DNA from: a virus | Strand: one strand, 5' to 3' | IMG/VR virus record: IMGVR_UViG_3300029199_000001 | Length of the DNA stretch: 64,000 nt | Part shown: piece by piece, positions 55,551-64,000 of the stretch | How positions within the stretch are numbered: position 1 is the stretch's first letter | Layout of the letters: each line of letters opens with the position of its first letter | Program-made: the position numbers and the translations under genes | Notes under the pieces: model-generated | The model's input: the letters and a program-made list of their open reading frames with translations, nothing else | The model's database searches: none | What the model was told of the DNA's origin: nothing

Positions 55551-57851
55551 ATGTCTCGATTTATCAAGCAATGGCTGACGTCCAGTAACGAAGACAACAA
55601 CGAAGACCAGAAGGTTGTTGTTCAGGACGGTGAAACCCCGAAAGACGATTTCTCTGACGCCAGCAATGAACAGAGCGGTGATGCGGATACAGCCAAGCCG
55701 GCGGTAGCGGAGCTCGACGCGGCGTCCGACGACGCTCCGAAACACACGACCAGAGACCAAGGTCACCAAAAAGTGACCGTTTCCTCCGAGGACAGCAAGG
55801 AAGAAGAGGAGGAAGAGGAAAAGGACGAAGAAGAGGAGCGTGAGGAAGAGGAAGAGTCCTCCGACGACGACTCCGAAGAGAAAGACGAAGAGTCTGAAGA
55901 AAAGGACGAGGAAGAAGCCGAAGAAGACGGCGAAGAATCCGAAGCCGGTGAGGAAGAAGAGGAAGCTGGCGAGGAAGAAGCTTCCGACGATGGCGAGCAG
56001 GAAGAAGAAACCTCTTCCGACGATGCCGAGGAAGAGTCTGCTGAAGCCGATGCCGACGATGCCGAAGCTGTAAAAGAAGAAGTGGACGAGCAGTCTGGTG
56101 AAGAGCCGGCCTCTGACGCCGAAGAAGGTGGGGAAGAGGAAGAAGCTGGGAAAACACCCGTGGTCGAAGAAGGACCCGCTGAAGAAGCTCCTGCGGAAGC
56201 TGAAGCCCAAGCCGAAGAAGAATCGGTCTCTGAAGCTGACGACGTGGAATCCGAAGCCGGTGATCCGGAAGAAGAAACCGCTGGCGACGCCGAAGTAAAC
56301 GGCGATGTTGAACACCAGCCGGTGACTGTGTCTGAAGAAACCGAATCCGGCGAAGCCGAAACTACTGGCGAAGTGAAAGAAGGTCCACAACAGGACGTTC
56401 CCAAGCCGGAAGAAGAGGTATCGGCCGACACCAAGGGCACCGAAGAAGCCAGCGGTGAAGGCGAAGGCGATGTTTCCGTCAGTGCTGAAGAAGACGAGTC
56501 CCTGGATGTGGGCATTACCTCACCGGAAGAGAAGATGGTCGAGGACATGAACCAGGTCGCTCAAGACGGTGCCCATTTTGATAAAGTGAGCGAGTCTCTG
56601 GAAGCCTACCATTCACTTCTCACCAAAGCTCTGGAACGTGGCGATGGTATTGATTCCATTACCGCCGAGTCCATCCGCATTGGTCTTGAGCATATGGACG
56701 AGTCGTTCAGTGGCGATCAGCTGATTCCCTCCAATGAAGCGTTCGGTCAGACCAGCTCGCGTCAGTACGCAACCCAGGTGTCTCTGGAAAGCGTCCAGTC
56801 GGGCTTCAAAGCCACCATCGCTGCCGGCAAGAAGGCGATGGAAAAACTGTTTGAACTACTCCGGCACATTTGGGGTAAATTCAACGATGACGTCGCCGGT
56901 ACCAAGAAGAAACTGGATCAGCTTAAGAAAGAAGTTGAGTCCATTGAGTCCGGAGCTGGCAGTAAGAAGGTAAATGTTAAAGGCGGTAAACGTTTGATGG
57001 TTTCCGGGGTATTCGGACCCACAAAACCAGAGACCATTAAGGCAATGATTGACGTGTCTAATTACATGTTCAATCAATACCCACGCCAATACGAGAGCAT
57101 GATAAAAGAAGGCATCGACATCATGTCGACCGACTTCTCAAAGTCAAAGGACCTGAAAGCCACTATGGACCTGACGGCTCGGGAACTGTTCATGCTCCCG
57201 CAGAAACACATTAAACCACTGCCTGGGTCTACGGATGTAAAGGCATCGGATCTGCCCGACCATGTTAAGGGCTATGAGGGCATCAAACGCTCCTCACTCC
57301 TTCCAGGGGATCGTGCGCTGGTCTTGTGGGTACAACCCCAGACGCGTATCGAATCGTTCGTGAAGGGGAATAATAACCCGTCGTTGAGTAAGTTCTCATA
57401 CTTCGATTTCGTGCCTGTAAATACAGGTACAAATCCGGAAATGGACGCGGTTGACCTGCCATCCATGGATGAAATCAAGGGTATGCTTAAATCCATGGAA
57501 ACTCTTGTCAAGGTTCTTGAGGACTCGAAAAACGCTCAAGACAAGTACGAGCAGATCCGTAGAAAGATGTCTTCGGATAAGGTCGACGTTACGTTCAAGA
57601 TCGTCAGGGATGAAAATAACGGCAAGAGTCCGTCTTCTATTGGCGAGCTGTTGGTCGGCGCCGGAACCAACCTTCCGGTTCGTACCCTCAACGAACTCGT
57701 CCGAAACTTCGTCAAACCGACAGGTGATTTCCATGCTTACGTTGCTTCCACAGCAAAAGCGTACGCTTCAACTTTGGAGTATTTCATCAAAACCCACAAA
57801 CAGCATGCAGTAAAAGAAGAAAAAGAAAAAGAAAAAGGTGAAACCGCCTAA
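55551..57851 (+). CDS. internal head protein with very long acidic N-terminal propeptide (gp93/gp162-family-like)
   Basis: ~330 aa E/D-rich region; multiple S/A/G-X-E sites including VSLE|S. Confidence 0.7.
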   Translation: MSRFIKQWLTSSNEDNNEDQKVVVQDGETPKDDFSDASNEQSGDADTAKPAVAELDAASDDAPKHTTRDQGHQKVTVSSEDSKEEEEEEEKDEEEEREEEEESSDDDSEEKDEESEEKDEEEAEEDGEESEAGEEEEEAGEEEASDDGEQEEETSSDDAEEESAEADADDAEAVKEEVDEQSGEEPASDAEEGGEEEEAGKTPVVEEGPAEEAPAEAEAQAEEESVSEADDVESEAGDPEEETAGDAEVNGDVEHQPVTVSEETESGEAETTGEVKEGPQQDVPKPEEEVSADTKGTEEASGEGEGDVSVSAEEDESLDVGITSPEEKMVEDMNQVAQDGAHFDKVSESLEAYHSLLTKALERGDGIDSITAESIRIGLEHMDESFSGDQLIPSNEAFGQTSSRQYATQVSLESVQSGFKATIAAGKKAMEKLFELLRHIWGKFNDDVAGTKKKLDQLKKEVESIESGAGSKKVNVKGGKRLMVSGVFGPTKPETIKAMIDVSNYMFNQYPRQYESMIKEGIDIMSTDFSKSKDLKATMDLTARELFMLPQKHIKPLPGSTDVKASDLPDHVKGYEGIKRSSLLPGDRALVLWVQPQTRIESFVKGNNNPSLSKFSYFDFVPVNTGTNPEMDAVDLPSMDEIKGMLKSMETLVKVLEDSKNAQDKYEQIRRKMSSDKVDVTFKIVRDENNGKSPSSIGELLVGAGTNLPVRTLNELVRNFVKPTGDFHAYVASTAKAYASTLEYFIKTHKQHAVKEEKEKEKGETA

Positions 57852-57871
57852 TCGGTTCTACCTTAAATGAC

Positions 57872-57905
57872 GACATATTGGCGCCCTTCGGGGCGCCTTT
57901 ATGTC
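57872..57905. terminator. UUCG hairpin, GACATA/TTTATGTC-flanked
   Basis: GGCGCCC-TTCG-GGGCGCC. Confidence 0.75.
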
Positions 57906-57906
57906 C

Positions 57907-58170
57907 TTAATCCACATTGAACCACGATTGCCCACTGGCGGCGTGTCCGCAGCTGGCCGAATCCCCTGCCCGACACACAGGAATTCCGTTGATGCGCATG
58001 ATGCTGGAACCCGCTGTCATTGATGGCGCCGCGTGTGGGGACTTACCGTGACCGGCCACCGCGTCACCCACGACTGCTACGGGTGCACCGTCTACTGTCA
58101 TGACACTTTGACCACCACCGTTAATAGTTCCGCCAGCGGCGTCGACACCCACTAAACTGATACCTGGCAT
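57907..58170 (-). CDS. PAAR-domain tail spike tip protein
   Basis: GAPVAVVGD, GH...H and INGIPVCRAGDSASCGH motifs. Confidence 0.92.
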   Translation of the reverse strand: MPGISLVGVDAAGGTINGGGQSVMTVDGAPVAVVGDAVAGHGKSPHAAPSMTAGSSIMRINGIPVCRAGDSASCGHAASGQSWFNVD

Positions 58171-58174
58171 TGCG

Positions 58175-59233
58175 TTACCCCTGTTTTACATCGAATGAAC
58201 CGACCTTCATGTTCATGGCCGGAGACTCAAACTGAACGCCCGCCGGTGTCATACCCATGGTTGATGTGCCACCTGTCATGGTGATCCCTGCGGGGGTTAC
58301 GTTTAGACCATTCCCACCACTGACTAAGGACGCACTGACATTGCCCGTGACCGTTGCGGTTTTCATGGCCAGGACGTTCACCATCTGTTGGGCGGTCACA
58401 CTGTAGTTCATACCAGCGTTGTGGGTGCTGTTCTTTCCAGCGTTCGTCGTGATGTCCACCCCAGCGGTGAGCGTGTAGTTTTTACCCGCCTTGATGCTAA
58501 TGTCTTTGACCACGTCAATGTTCATGTTGTTCCCGACCTTCAGATTGACGTTGTTGTCAACCAGGCCGTTCAGGTCGTTGGGGGCGTAAAAGTTGATGTC
58601 CTGTTTGTTCAACTCCACCATGGTGCCTTCGATGTTTTCTAGGTGGATGTTGGTGTTAGCACTATCCAACAGTACATGGTTACCAACGTCGTCGGTCAAT
58701 AGGACATTGCCTTCCCCGGTATTGAACTGGAAGGTGTAACGGAACGGTTCCCCATTGGCTTGGGATGTGCTCATGGTGATCAGTTTCTTATGGGTGGACA
58801 CCTCAAAGAAATAGGAGGTCTCGTAACTGATCCCTTTGTCGCCTTCGTTTGGTGTGCCATTGAAGGCCCAGATCACGGTTTCCAATCGCCTCAGATCGTC
58901 TCTGAGGCCCATACAACGCCAATAAAACTTATCCGTATCAGCGAGTCGAAAGATCTCGATCAGCTCGCCACGGCGAATGTCAGGCGGTGTGACACGATTG
59001 GACGCCCCGGGGTACCATTCAGCAGTGATGGAGTTGTCCATCGTTACCTTGATTTCGTATTCGTTCCCACGACTGTCCACACCCCGAACCACCTCGTCCT
59101 GAGGGTCAAACTTGATTTCCCCATCCAAGGCCGACAACATTTCAATGGGCGTCACATTCAAGTGACGTGTGTCGAGCGGTTTGTTTTCCGAAGCCACGCC
59201 GATACTGTACGGGCGTAATTGACTCATTTGCAT
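58175..59233 (-). CDS. baseplate central spike (gp5/VgrG-like, phiKZ gp164-like)
   Basis: RVTPPDIRRGE N-terminal OB-fold-like segment; C-terminal ~8-residue beta repeats; upstream of PAAR. Confidence 0.75.
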   Translation of the reverse strand: MQMSQLRPYSIGVASENKPLDTRHLNVTPIEMLSALDGEIKFDPQDEVVRGVDSRGNEYEIKVTMDNSITAEWYPGASNRVTPPDIRRGELIEIFRLADTDKFYWRCMGLRDDLRRLETVIWAFNGTPNEGDKGISYETSYFFEVSTHKKLITMSTSQANGEPFRYTFQFNTGEGNVLLTDDVGNHVLLDSANTNIHLENIEGTMVELNKQDINFYAPNDLNGLVDNNVNLKVGNNMNIDVVKDISIKAGKNYTLTAGVDITTNAGKNSTHNAGMNYSVTAQQMVNVLAMKTATVTGNVSASLVSGGNGLNVTPAGITMTGGTSTMGMTPAGVQFESPAMNMKVGSFDVKQG

Positions 59234-59307
59234 TAGAGGTCTCCTGAACTTCTACTGTGGGGTCTTTTCCTATAGAGATTAACCGCCAAAATAGAGAAAG
59301 TAACGAC

Positions 59308-61797
59308 ATGCGCATTACTTATTTGCTGTTGGAAAAGTACAAGCGTTTGATGTTGTCGAACATTCAACGTTTTGAGTTCCGACCGAAACAGGACCTGCAG
59401 TTGTTGATCGGCAGTAACGGTTCGGGCAAGTCGTCGGTCCTGGAAGAACTTACCCCGCTCCCTGCACACCACAGTGGGTTTGCGAAAGGTGGTCGTAAAG
59501 AAGTGCGACTGCGTAACTTGAACGACAATTACGAACTGGTGTCTGAGTACACTGGCGGGTCGGGCCATCACTCCTTCGTCAAGAACGGTGAGGAGTTGAA
59601 CAAGGGCAACACCTTTGCGGTTCAGAAGGAGCTGGTGTGGGACGAGTTCGGTCTTAACCGAGAGATCCATAACCTCTTGGTGGGCATCACCCCGTTTACC
59701 TCCCTGAGCACGGCCAAACGTCGGGAGTGGCTCACCCGTCTGGCGCCGGTGGATTTGGGGTTTGCCTTTAACGTGTTCCATAAAGCCAAGACGGCCCATC
59801 GAGACCAGCAGGGCGTGGTGAAGCATCTGACCAAGCGTATGGGTCAGGAGAATCACGATCTACCGGATGACAACGTTTTGAGTCATCACCGAACCCGCAT
59901 CAAAGAACTCACCGCCAAACTCGATCGGCTGTTTGAAGAGCGCAAGGCCGGAGTGCAATCGAATTACCGGGACGAACGGGAGGTGGGTGATCATCTGAAG
60001 ACACTGACAGATCGGGCAGAGAAACTACTGCGTTATCAGCTGCCGGACGCCATTCCGGGACTGGAAGACGAAACGGCGTTTGAGGCGTACTGTGCGGAAC
60101 AGAACGAGGAGTACCGTCGCCAGCAAACGTTGTTGGAACGCATGACCGAGGAGTTTCAGAAGCTCAACGAACAAGCTCCCAGTCGTGACACGGAACTCAG
60201 TGAGACCCAAATCAACGATCTGCGCCAACAGGTCAAGTCACTGAGCCAACAGATGCTCGAACCCAAACAAGCCGTGGATCACTATCAAGGCATCTTCCCG
60301 CTGGTGGACATTCCCCAAGACCGTCGTCCGCATGAGACGTTGGCACAAGTATTCGACGAATGGGTCAACTTGATTCAGACTATCCCGAACAACGCCGACG
60401 AGCGTTTCAGTAGTGCGAAAGGTAAAGAGGCCCACGAGCGGTACCGGCACTTGGAGAAAACCCATCTGGCCTTGGACAACGATCAGAACACTGATGCGCG
60501 GCGGTTGTCACGACTCAAAGGGTGTGAGACGGTTCATTGCCCGAACTGTGAACACGACTTCCAACCGGGGGTGAACCCAACCGAAGTCAAAGCCATCCAA
60601 CAAGCCATTGATGAACGTGGTCCCCGCATTGCGGCGATTGAAAAGGAGATGGAACACCTCAAGGAGTACCTAGAGAAGTTCGAGGAGTACATGACGTACG
60701 TTCGGGCGTTCCGGAAGTTGGTGAATGAAAACCAACGGTTTGCGCCGGTTTGGGACGTGTGTGTTGAGCACAAAATCATGTTCCGCCAGCCCAAGGATTA
60801 TCTCAACGACGCGTTGTCCTGGAACAACGCCATGCAGAACCTGAACAAACTCAACGAACTCAAACAAGAAGTGGAGGTGATCGAACACCGCTTGCGTTAC
60901 GTGGATGCCATTGATCGGGACGCTTTGACCCGCACCGACCGTCACCGTAAGCAACTGGAACAGGAGATCGAGAACACCACCCAACGGTTACGCACACTGG
61001 GTCGTGAAATTCAAGAACTGGACGCGCACAAACGCAACCGGGTTCGGTTCAAAGAAGCCATGGAAAGCACCATTGCGGATTTGGAAGCGTTCTTTAAAGA
61101 CATGGACACGCACCGGGAGTCGCTGTATCAGGACGCCATTTCCGAAGAGACCCGTCACTTGCAAATACAGCTGGCTCAGGAACAAGAGTCGCTATCGCGG
61201 ATGGAAGTCCGTGAAGGGGTGCTGCGTGAGATACAAACCCAACACGACCAGAGCGTCACGGCCCAAAAAGAGTATCAGGCCTTGGTGAAGGCCCTCGGCC
61301 CCACCGACGGGTTGATTGGTCGTTACTTAATGGGGTTCATGCAGGTGGTGGTGAAACTCATCAACAGCGTCAGTGATGAGATTTGGACGTACCCAATGAA
61401 AGTCATGCCGTCCCCGATGGAAAAAGACGAACTGACGTACAAGTTCCCACTGGACGTTAACAACGGGTCGGTCACGGCCCCAGACATCGCTTTGGGTTCC
61501 AGTTCCCAACGGGACATCGTGAACTTCGCGTTCAAACTGCTGGTGATGAAGTTCTTGAACATCTCCCACTACCCGTTGTACCTGGATGAGTTTGGCAGTA
61601 CCTTTGACGAGCAACACCGTCAGAACCTGATTCCGTTCTTGAACCGCATGATGGAGTTGGGTCAGGTCAACCAGATCTTCTACATCTCCCACTTCTCATC
61701 CGTACACGGGGCGTTCAACCAAGCCGAGATCTGTGTCTTGGACCCCAACAACATCACCGTCCCACAAACCTACAACCAACACGTAACCATAGCCTGA
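59308..61797 (+). CDS. sbcC: SbcC/Rad50-like SMC ATPase (gp165-like)
   Basis: GSNGSGKSS Walker A; long coiled coils; central CPNC zinc hook; GSSSQ signature; YLDEFG Walker B. Confidence 0.92.
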   Translation: MRITYLLLEKYKRLMLSNIQRFEFRPKQDLQLLIGSNGSGKSSVLEELTPLPAHHSGFAKGGRKEVRLRNLNDNYELVSEYTGGSGHHSFVKNGEELNKGNTFAVQKELVWDEFGLNREIHNLLVGITPFTSLSTAKRREWLTRLAPVDLGFAFNVFHKAKTAHRDQQGVVKHLTKRMGQENHDLPDDNVLSHHRTRIKELTAKLDRLFEERKAGVQSNYRDEREVGDHLKTLTDRAEKLLRYQLPDAIPGLEDETAFEAYCAEQNEEYRRQQTLLERMTEEFQKLNEQAPSRDTELSETQINDLRQQVKSLSQQMLEPKQAVDHYQGIFPLVDIPQDRRPHETLAQVFDEWVNLIQTIPNNADERFSSAKGKEAHERYRHLEKTHLALDNDQNTDARRLSRLKGCETVHCPNCEHDFQPGVNPTEVKAIQQAIDERGPRIAAIEKEMEHLKEYLEKFEEYMTYVRAFRKLVNENQRFAPVWDVCVEHKIMFRQPKDYLNDALSWNNAMQNLNKLNELKQEVEVIEHRLRYVDAIDRDALTRTDRHRKQLEQEIENTTQRLRTLGREIQELDAHKRNRVRFKEAMESTIADLEAFFKDMDTHRESLYQDAISEETRHLQIQLAQEQESLSRMEVREGVLREIQTQHDQSVTAQKEYQALVKALGPTDGLIGRYLMGFMQVVVKLINSVSDEIWTYPMKVMPSPMEKDELTYKFPLDVNNGSVTAPDIALGSSSQRDIVNFAFKLLVMKFLNISHYPLYLDEFGSTFDEQHRQNLIPFLNRMMELGQVNQIFYISHFSSVHGAFNQAEICVLDPNNITVPQTYNQHVTIA

Positions 61798-61808
61798 GGA
61801 ATCGAACC

Positions 61809-62492
61809 ATGTCCAAAGACAACGATGAATTCACTGAAAAAGACGCCGTGACAGTCACCACAGTCCACCAGGATGAAAACTCGGTGACCCTGAAACGCAA
61901 GCCCCGTCCCTCCGGTCTGACTTCCGTGTTGGACACCCCCGCCGAACACTTGGTGGAGGGAAACCCGTATTCCCAAATTATCAACGTGGAGTGTGTCACC
62001 CCAAAAGCCCGTTTCGTTGAAGAAGCCTTTGAAGGTATGGACGAGACACTCGCCGCTCAGATCAAGTGGCGGTACAAAGAGTCGGGTCACGCCACGTCGG
62101 GGAGCGCAGCGTACGACCTGCGTTACGTCGGTAAAGAACCACTGATCCTCCAACCCGGTGAAATGGCAACGGTTCACAGCGGGGTTGCCATGCATCTGGG
62201 TCATCCTAACTTTGTGGGTCTGATCCTACCGCGCAGTGGCTTGGGGTGTAAAGGCGTGGTGTTGGGTAACTTGGTTGGGGTTATTGACTCCGACTACCAA
62301 GGTGAGCTGAAACTGGCGTTGTGGAATCGTCATGAAACCGAAACTCACCGGGTCATGGAAATCCAACCGGGTGAGCGGGTGGCGCAGTATGTGGTCACCA
62401 AATGCTACCCGGTGAATCCACAATGGGTGGACGAGTTCGATACCGTCACCGAACGTGGCGATAAGGGCTTTGGAAGCTCCGGTAAGGACTGA
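61809..62492 (+). CDS. dut: trimeric dUTPase with N-terminal extension
   Basis: SAAYDL, PRSGLG, GVIDSDYQGE, ERVAQ and RGDKGFGSSG motifs. Confidence 0.96.
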   Translation: MSKDNDEFTEKDAVTVTTVHQDENSVTLKRKPRPSGLTSVLDTPAEHLVEGNPYSQIINVECVTPKARFVEEAFEGMDETLAAQIKWRYKESGHATSGSAAYDLRYVGKEPLILQPGEMATVHSGVAMHLGHPNFVGLILPRSGLGCKGVVLGNLVGVIDSDYQGELKLALWNRHETETHRVMEIQPGERVAQYVVTKCYPVNPQWVDEFDTVTERGDKGFGSSGKD

Positions 62493-62501
62493 TCCCAACG
62501 G

Positions 62502-62537
62502 CATAATAAAGCCCGCCTTCGAGGCGGGCTTTATGTC
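62502..62537. terminator. hairpin, CATAA/TTATGTC-flanked
   Basis: AAAGCCCGCC/GGCGGGCTTT. Confidence 0.75.
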
Positions 62538-62541
62538 GTCG

Positions 62542-63795
62542 CTACTTCTCAACCCCGATCAGACGGGTGTATGCCTCTCCTTCTTGATGCGGCCATTCGG
62601 GGTATCGGCCCGAATCCACCCGCTCGTTAGTCATCCACGGTTGACGATAGAAGTCGTAATTATGGCGTTGGTTACGAACCGTTGCCAATACCAATGTACC
62701 GTCTTCTTGAAGGGTGTGGTATTCCAAGGTGCGTCCGTACGCGCCGACCACGGGATACGGGTGATAGTCGGTGTGTGCGTAATACCGACCCGGCAACCCC
62801 GATCGCTCCAGCGGTTCCAGTTCTTGGAAGAAGCTGTCGGCGTCCACTACGATCAAGAAACTCTGAGGGAGCGTTAGGTAAGCGCGAAGCGTATCGTCTT
62901 GGAAAAACTCATCGATACTTACCATGGTCGGATTATCGTCATTAACATCCAGACCCAATGAACTGAAGTCCAAATACGGACGACTGTCGTAGTACCGTTC
63001 CAAAAGGTTCAATTGTTCCAGTTGAATACGATACGTTCGATCGCTCACTCGGGTGTAGGTCTTACCCAGCACTTGAAGATAACCACCCAGGACGAGCAGT
63101 GTGGTTTTGTTCTCAATGTCGATGTGGTCCGGAATGGTGACGTAAGCGCCCTTGCGCAGCGGTACGTCGCCTTGGTTTCCGGTGACCATGTCATCGGTGA
63201 TTGGAACGCATTTGATCTCACCAATGTCCTCAAACGACAATAGACCGATTTGGTTGTCGTTGGCGTGACGCAATGAATGGTTACCGCCCACAACGAACAC
63301 GCCGTCCGGTCCGTAATCGGTGATGTGGTGAAAACCGTTTACACTGAAAATGGCGTGTTTACCGACAAAGTCGTTATCCATCCCTTCCTTGTAAACTTTC
63401 AGATCGGTTTTGTCAAACCGACTACCACCTTGCTGGACGGTTCCCGGGTCGCCCACCGGTGTGAATGTGTACCCGAGTTGCCAAGCGTGTGCGTATTTCA
63501 CGTAACTGGGATCGAGTCGGGGAACTGTGGCCCGGAACGGAAGTGTTTGGTTTCCAACCTGCGACAACCACTCGGTGAGTGTGAGTTCGTTAGGGTCGTC
63601 GTACGTTTGTTGAATGACGTCCCCAAAGTACAACGCTCGGGGTGCGTCAAAACTGTAATGGTCGATGAATAACCAGATCTCATCGTAGTCATTACGCAAA
63701 GAAAGCAGAGTGGTGTTGGCAAGGTCTTTCTTCTCCCAACGGTCGTTGCGACGATCCACCCGCACATGAGCGCTGTGTAGACTGTACATAGGCAT
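62542..63795 (-). CDS. conserved virion structural (baseplate-region) protein
   Basis: ATG at 63795 with GAGGA; FSVNGFHH segment recalled from phiKZ-like structural proteins. Confidence 0.6.
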   Translation of the reverse strand: MPMYSLHSAHVRVDRRNDRWEKKDLANTTLLSLRNDYDEIWLFIDHYSFDAPRALYFGDVIQQTYDDPNELTLTEWLSQVGNQTLPFRATVPRLDPSYVKYAHAWQLGYTFTPVGDPGTVQQGGSRFDKTDLKVYKEGMDNDFVGKHAIFSVNGFHHITDYGPDGVFVVGGNHSLRHANDNQIGLLSFEDIGEIKCVPITDDMVTGNQGDVPLRKGAYVTIPDHIDIENKTTLLVLGGYLQVLGKTYTRVSDRTYRIQLEQLNLLERYYDSRPYLDFSSLGLDVNDDNPTMVSIDEFFQDDTLRAYLTLPQSFLIVVDADSFFQELEPLERSGLPGRYYAHTDYHPYPVVGAYGRTLEYHTLQEDGTLVLATVRNQRHNYDFYRQPWMTNERVDSGRYPEWPHQEGEAYTRLIGVEK

Positions 63796-63881
63796 GTCCT
63801 CGTTTAAGGCGTTAAGCGTCAATCTTATGATCTCAAACCATTGATCAGCCTACCAGCCCAAACACCATGTAAGGAGAGGTC

Positions 63882-64000
63882 ATGGCTACTGTAAACACCA
63901 CGGGACTGTACGAGTTCGACCCGTACGGTACCAACCCGGCAAACAAAATCGATGGGGAGTTGCAGACCCTGCAGGTCCCTGGCCGGGATGACTATTATTT
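63882..64000 (+). CDS. start of a virion/baseplate protein, truncated (MATVNTTGLYEFDPYGTNPANKI...)
   Basis: AGGAG RBS; frame open to the window end. Confidence 0.65.
   Translation, partial: MATVNTTGLYEFDPYGTNPANKIDGELQTLQVPGRDDYY

Noticed and set aside
55548-56548. Long antisense F/S/L-rich ORFs
   Set aside because: Mirror frames of the GAA/GAC-rich acidic propeptide.
1-64000. tRNA, rRNA, CRISPR arrays, integrases or IS elements
   Set aside because: No T-loop/cloverleaf, repeat-spacer periodicity or transposase/integrase motifs were seen by eye; a tRNAscan-SE run would be needed to exclude atypical tRNAs.

Overview
A 64-kb segment of a phiKZ-related jumbo phage (Chimalliviridae-like by gene content and order; the chimallin gene is not in this window). 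Core genes: three virion RNA polymerase subunit genes (gp180-, gp178- and gp149-like), the 2282-aa gp181-like tail protein with a lytic transglycosylase domain, gp175-like prohead protease, UvsX, RNase H, SbcC-like ATPase, SF2 helicase, gp5-like spike plus PAAR, a putative spanin pair, and a dTTP pathway (dcd, dut, thyA, tmk). Three selfish elements: (1) a LAGLIDADG intein at the catalytic Cys of ThyA; (2) a 1395-nt group I intron with an HNH ORF that splits the RNAP beta gene; (3) a free-standing HNH gene that splits a SleB-type hydrolase locus at its catalytic Glu codon, leaving a duplicated, synonymously diverged C-terminal half. The most unexpected signal is the ~570-nt gap at 12388-12980, which has no credible ORF. 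Its minus strand holds a canonical type I hammerhead ribozyme with a 6-bp pseudoknot, embedded in a dense array of further helices, which suggests a ribozyme-processed phage ncRNA I cannot assign to a known class. A CTATATCAC early-promoter-like motif (5 exact copies and 1 variant) and a recurrent CATA-hairpin-TTATG intergenic cassette are also visible. No tRNA, rRNA or CRISPR array was seen. phiKZ gene-number assignments come from recalled motifs, size and synteny, not from database searches.
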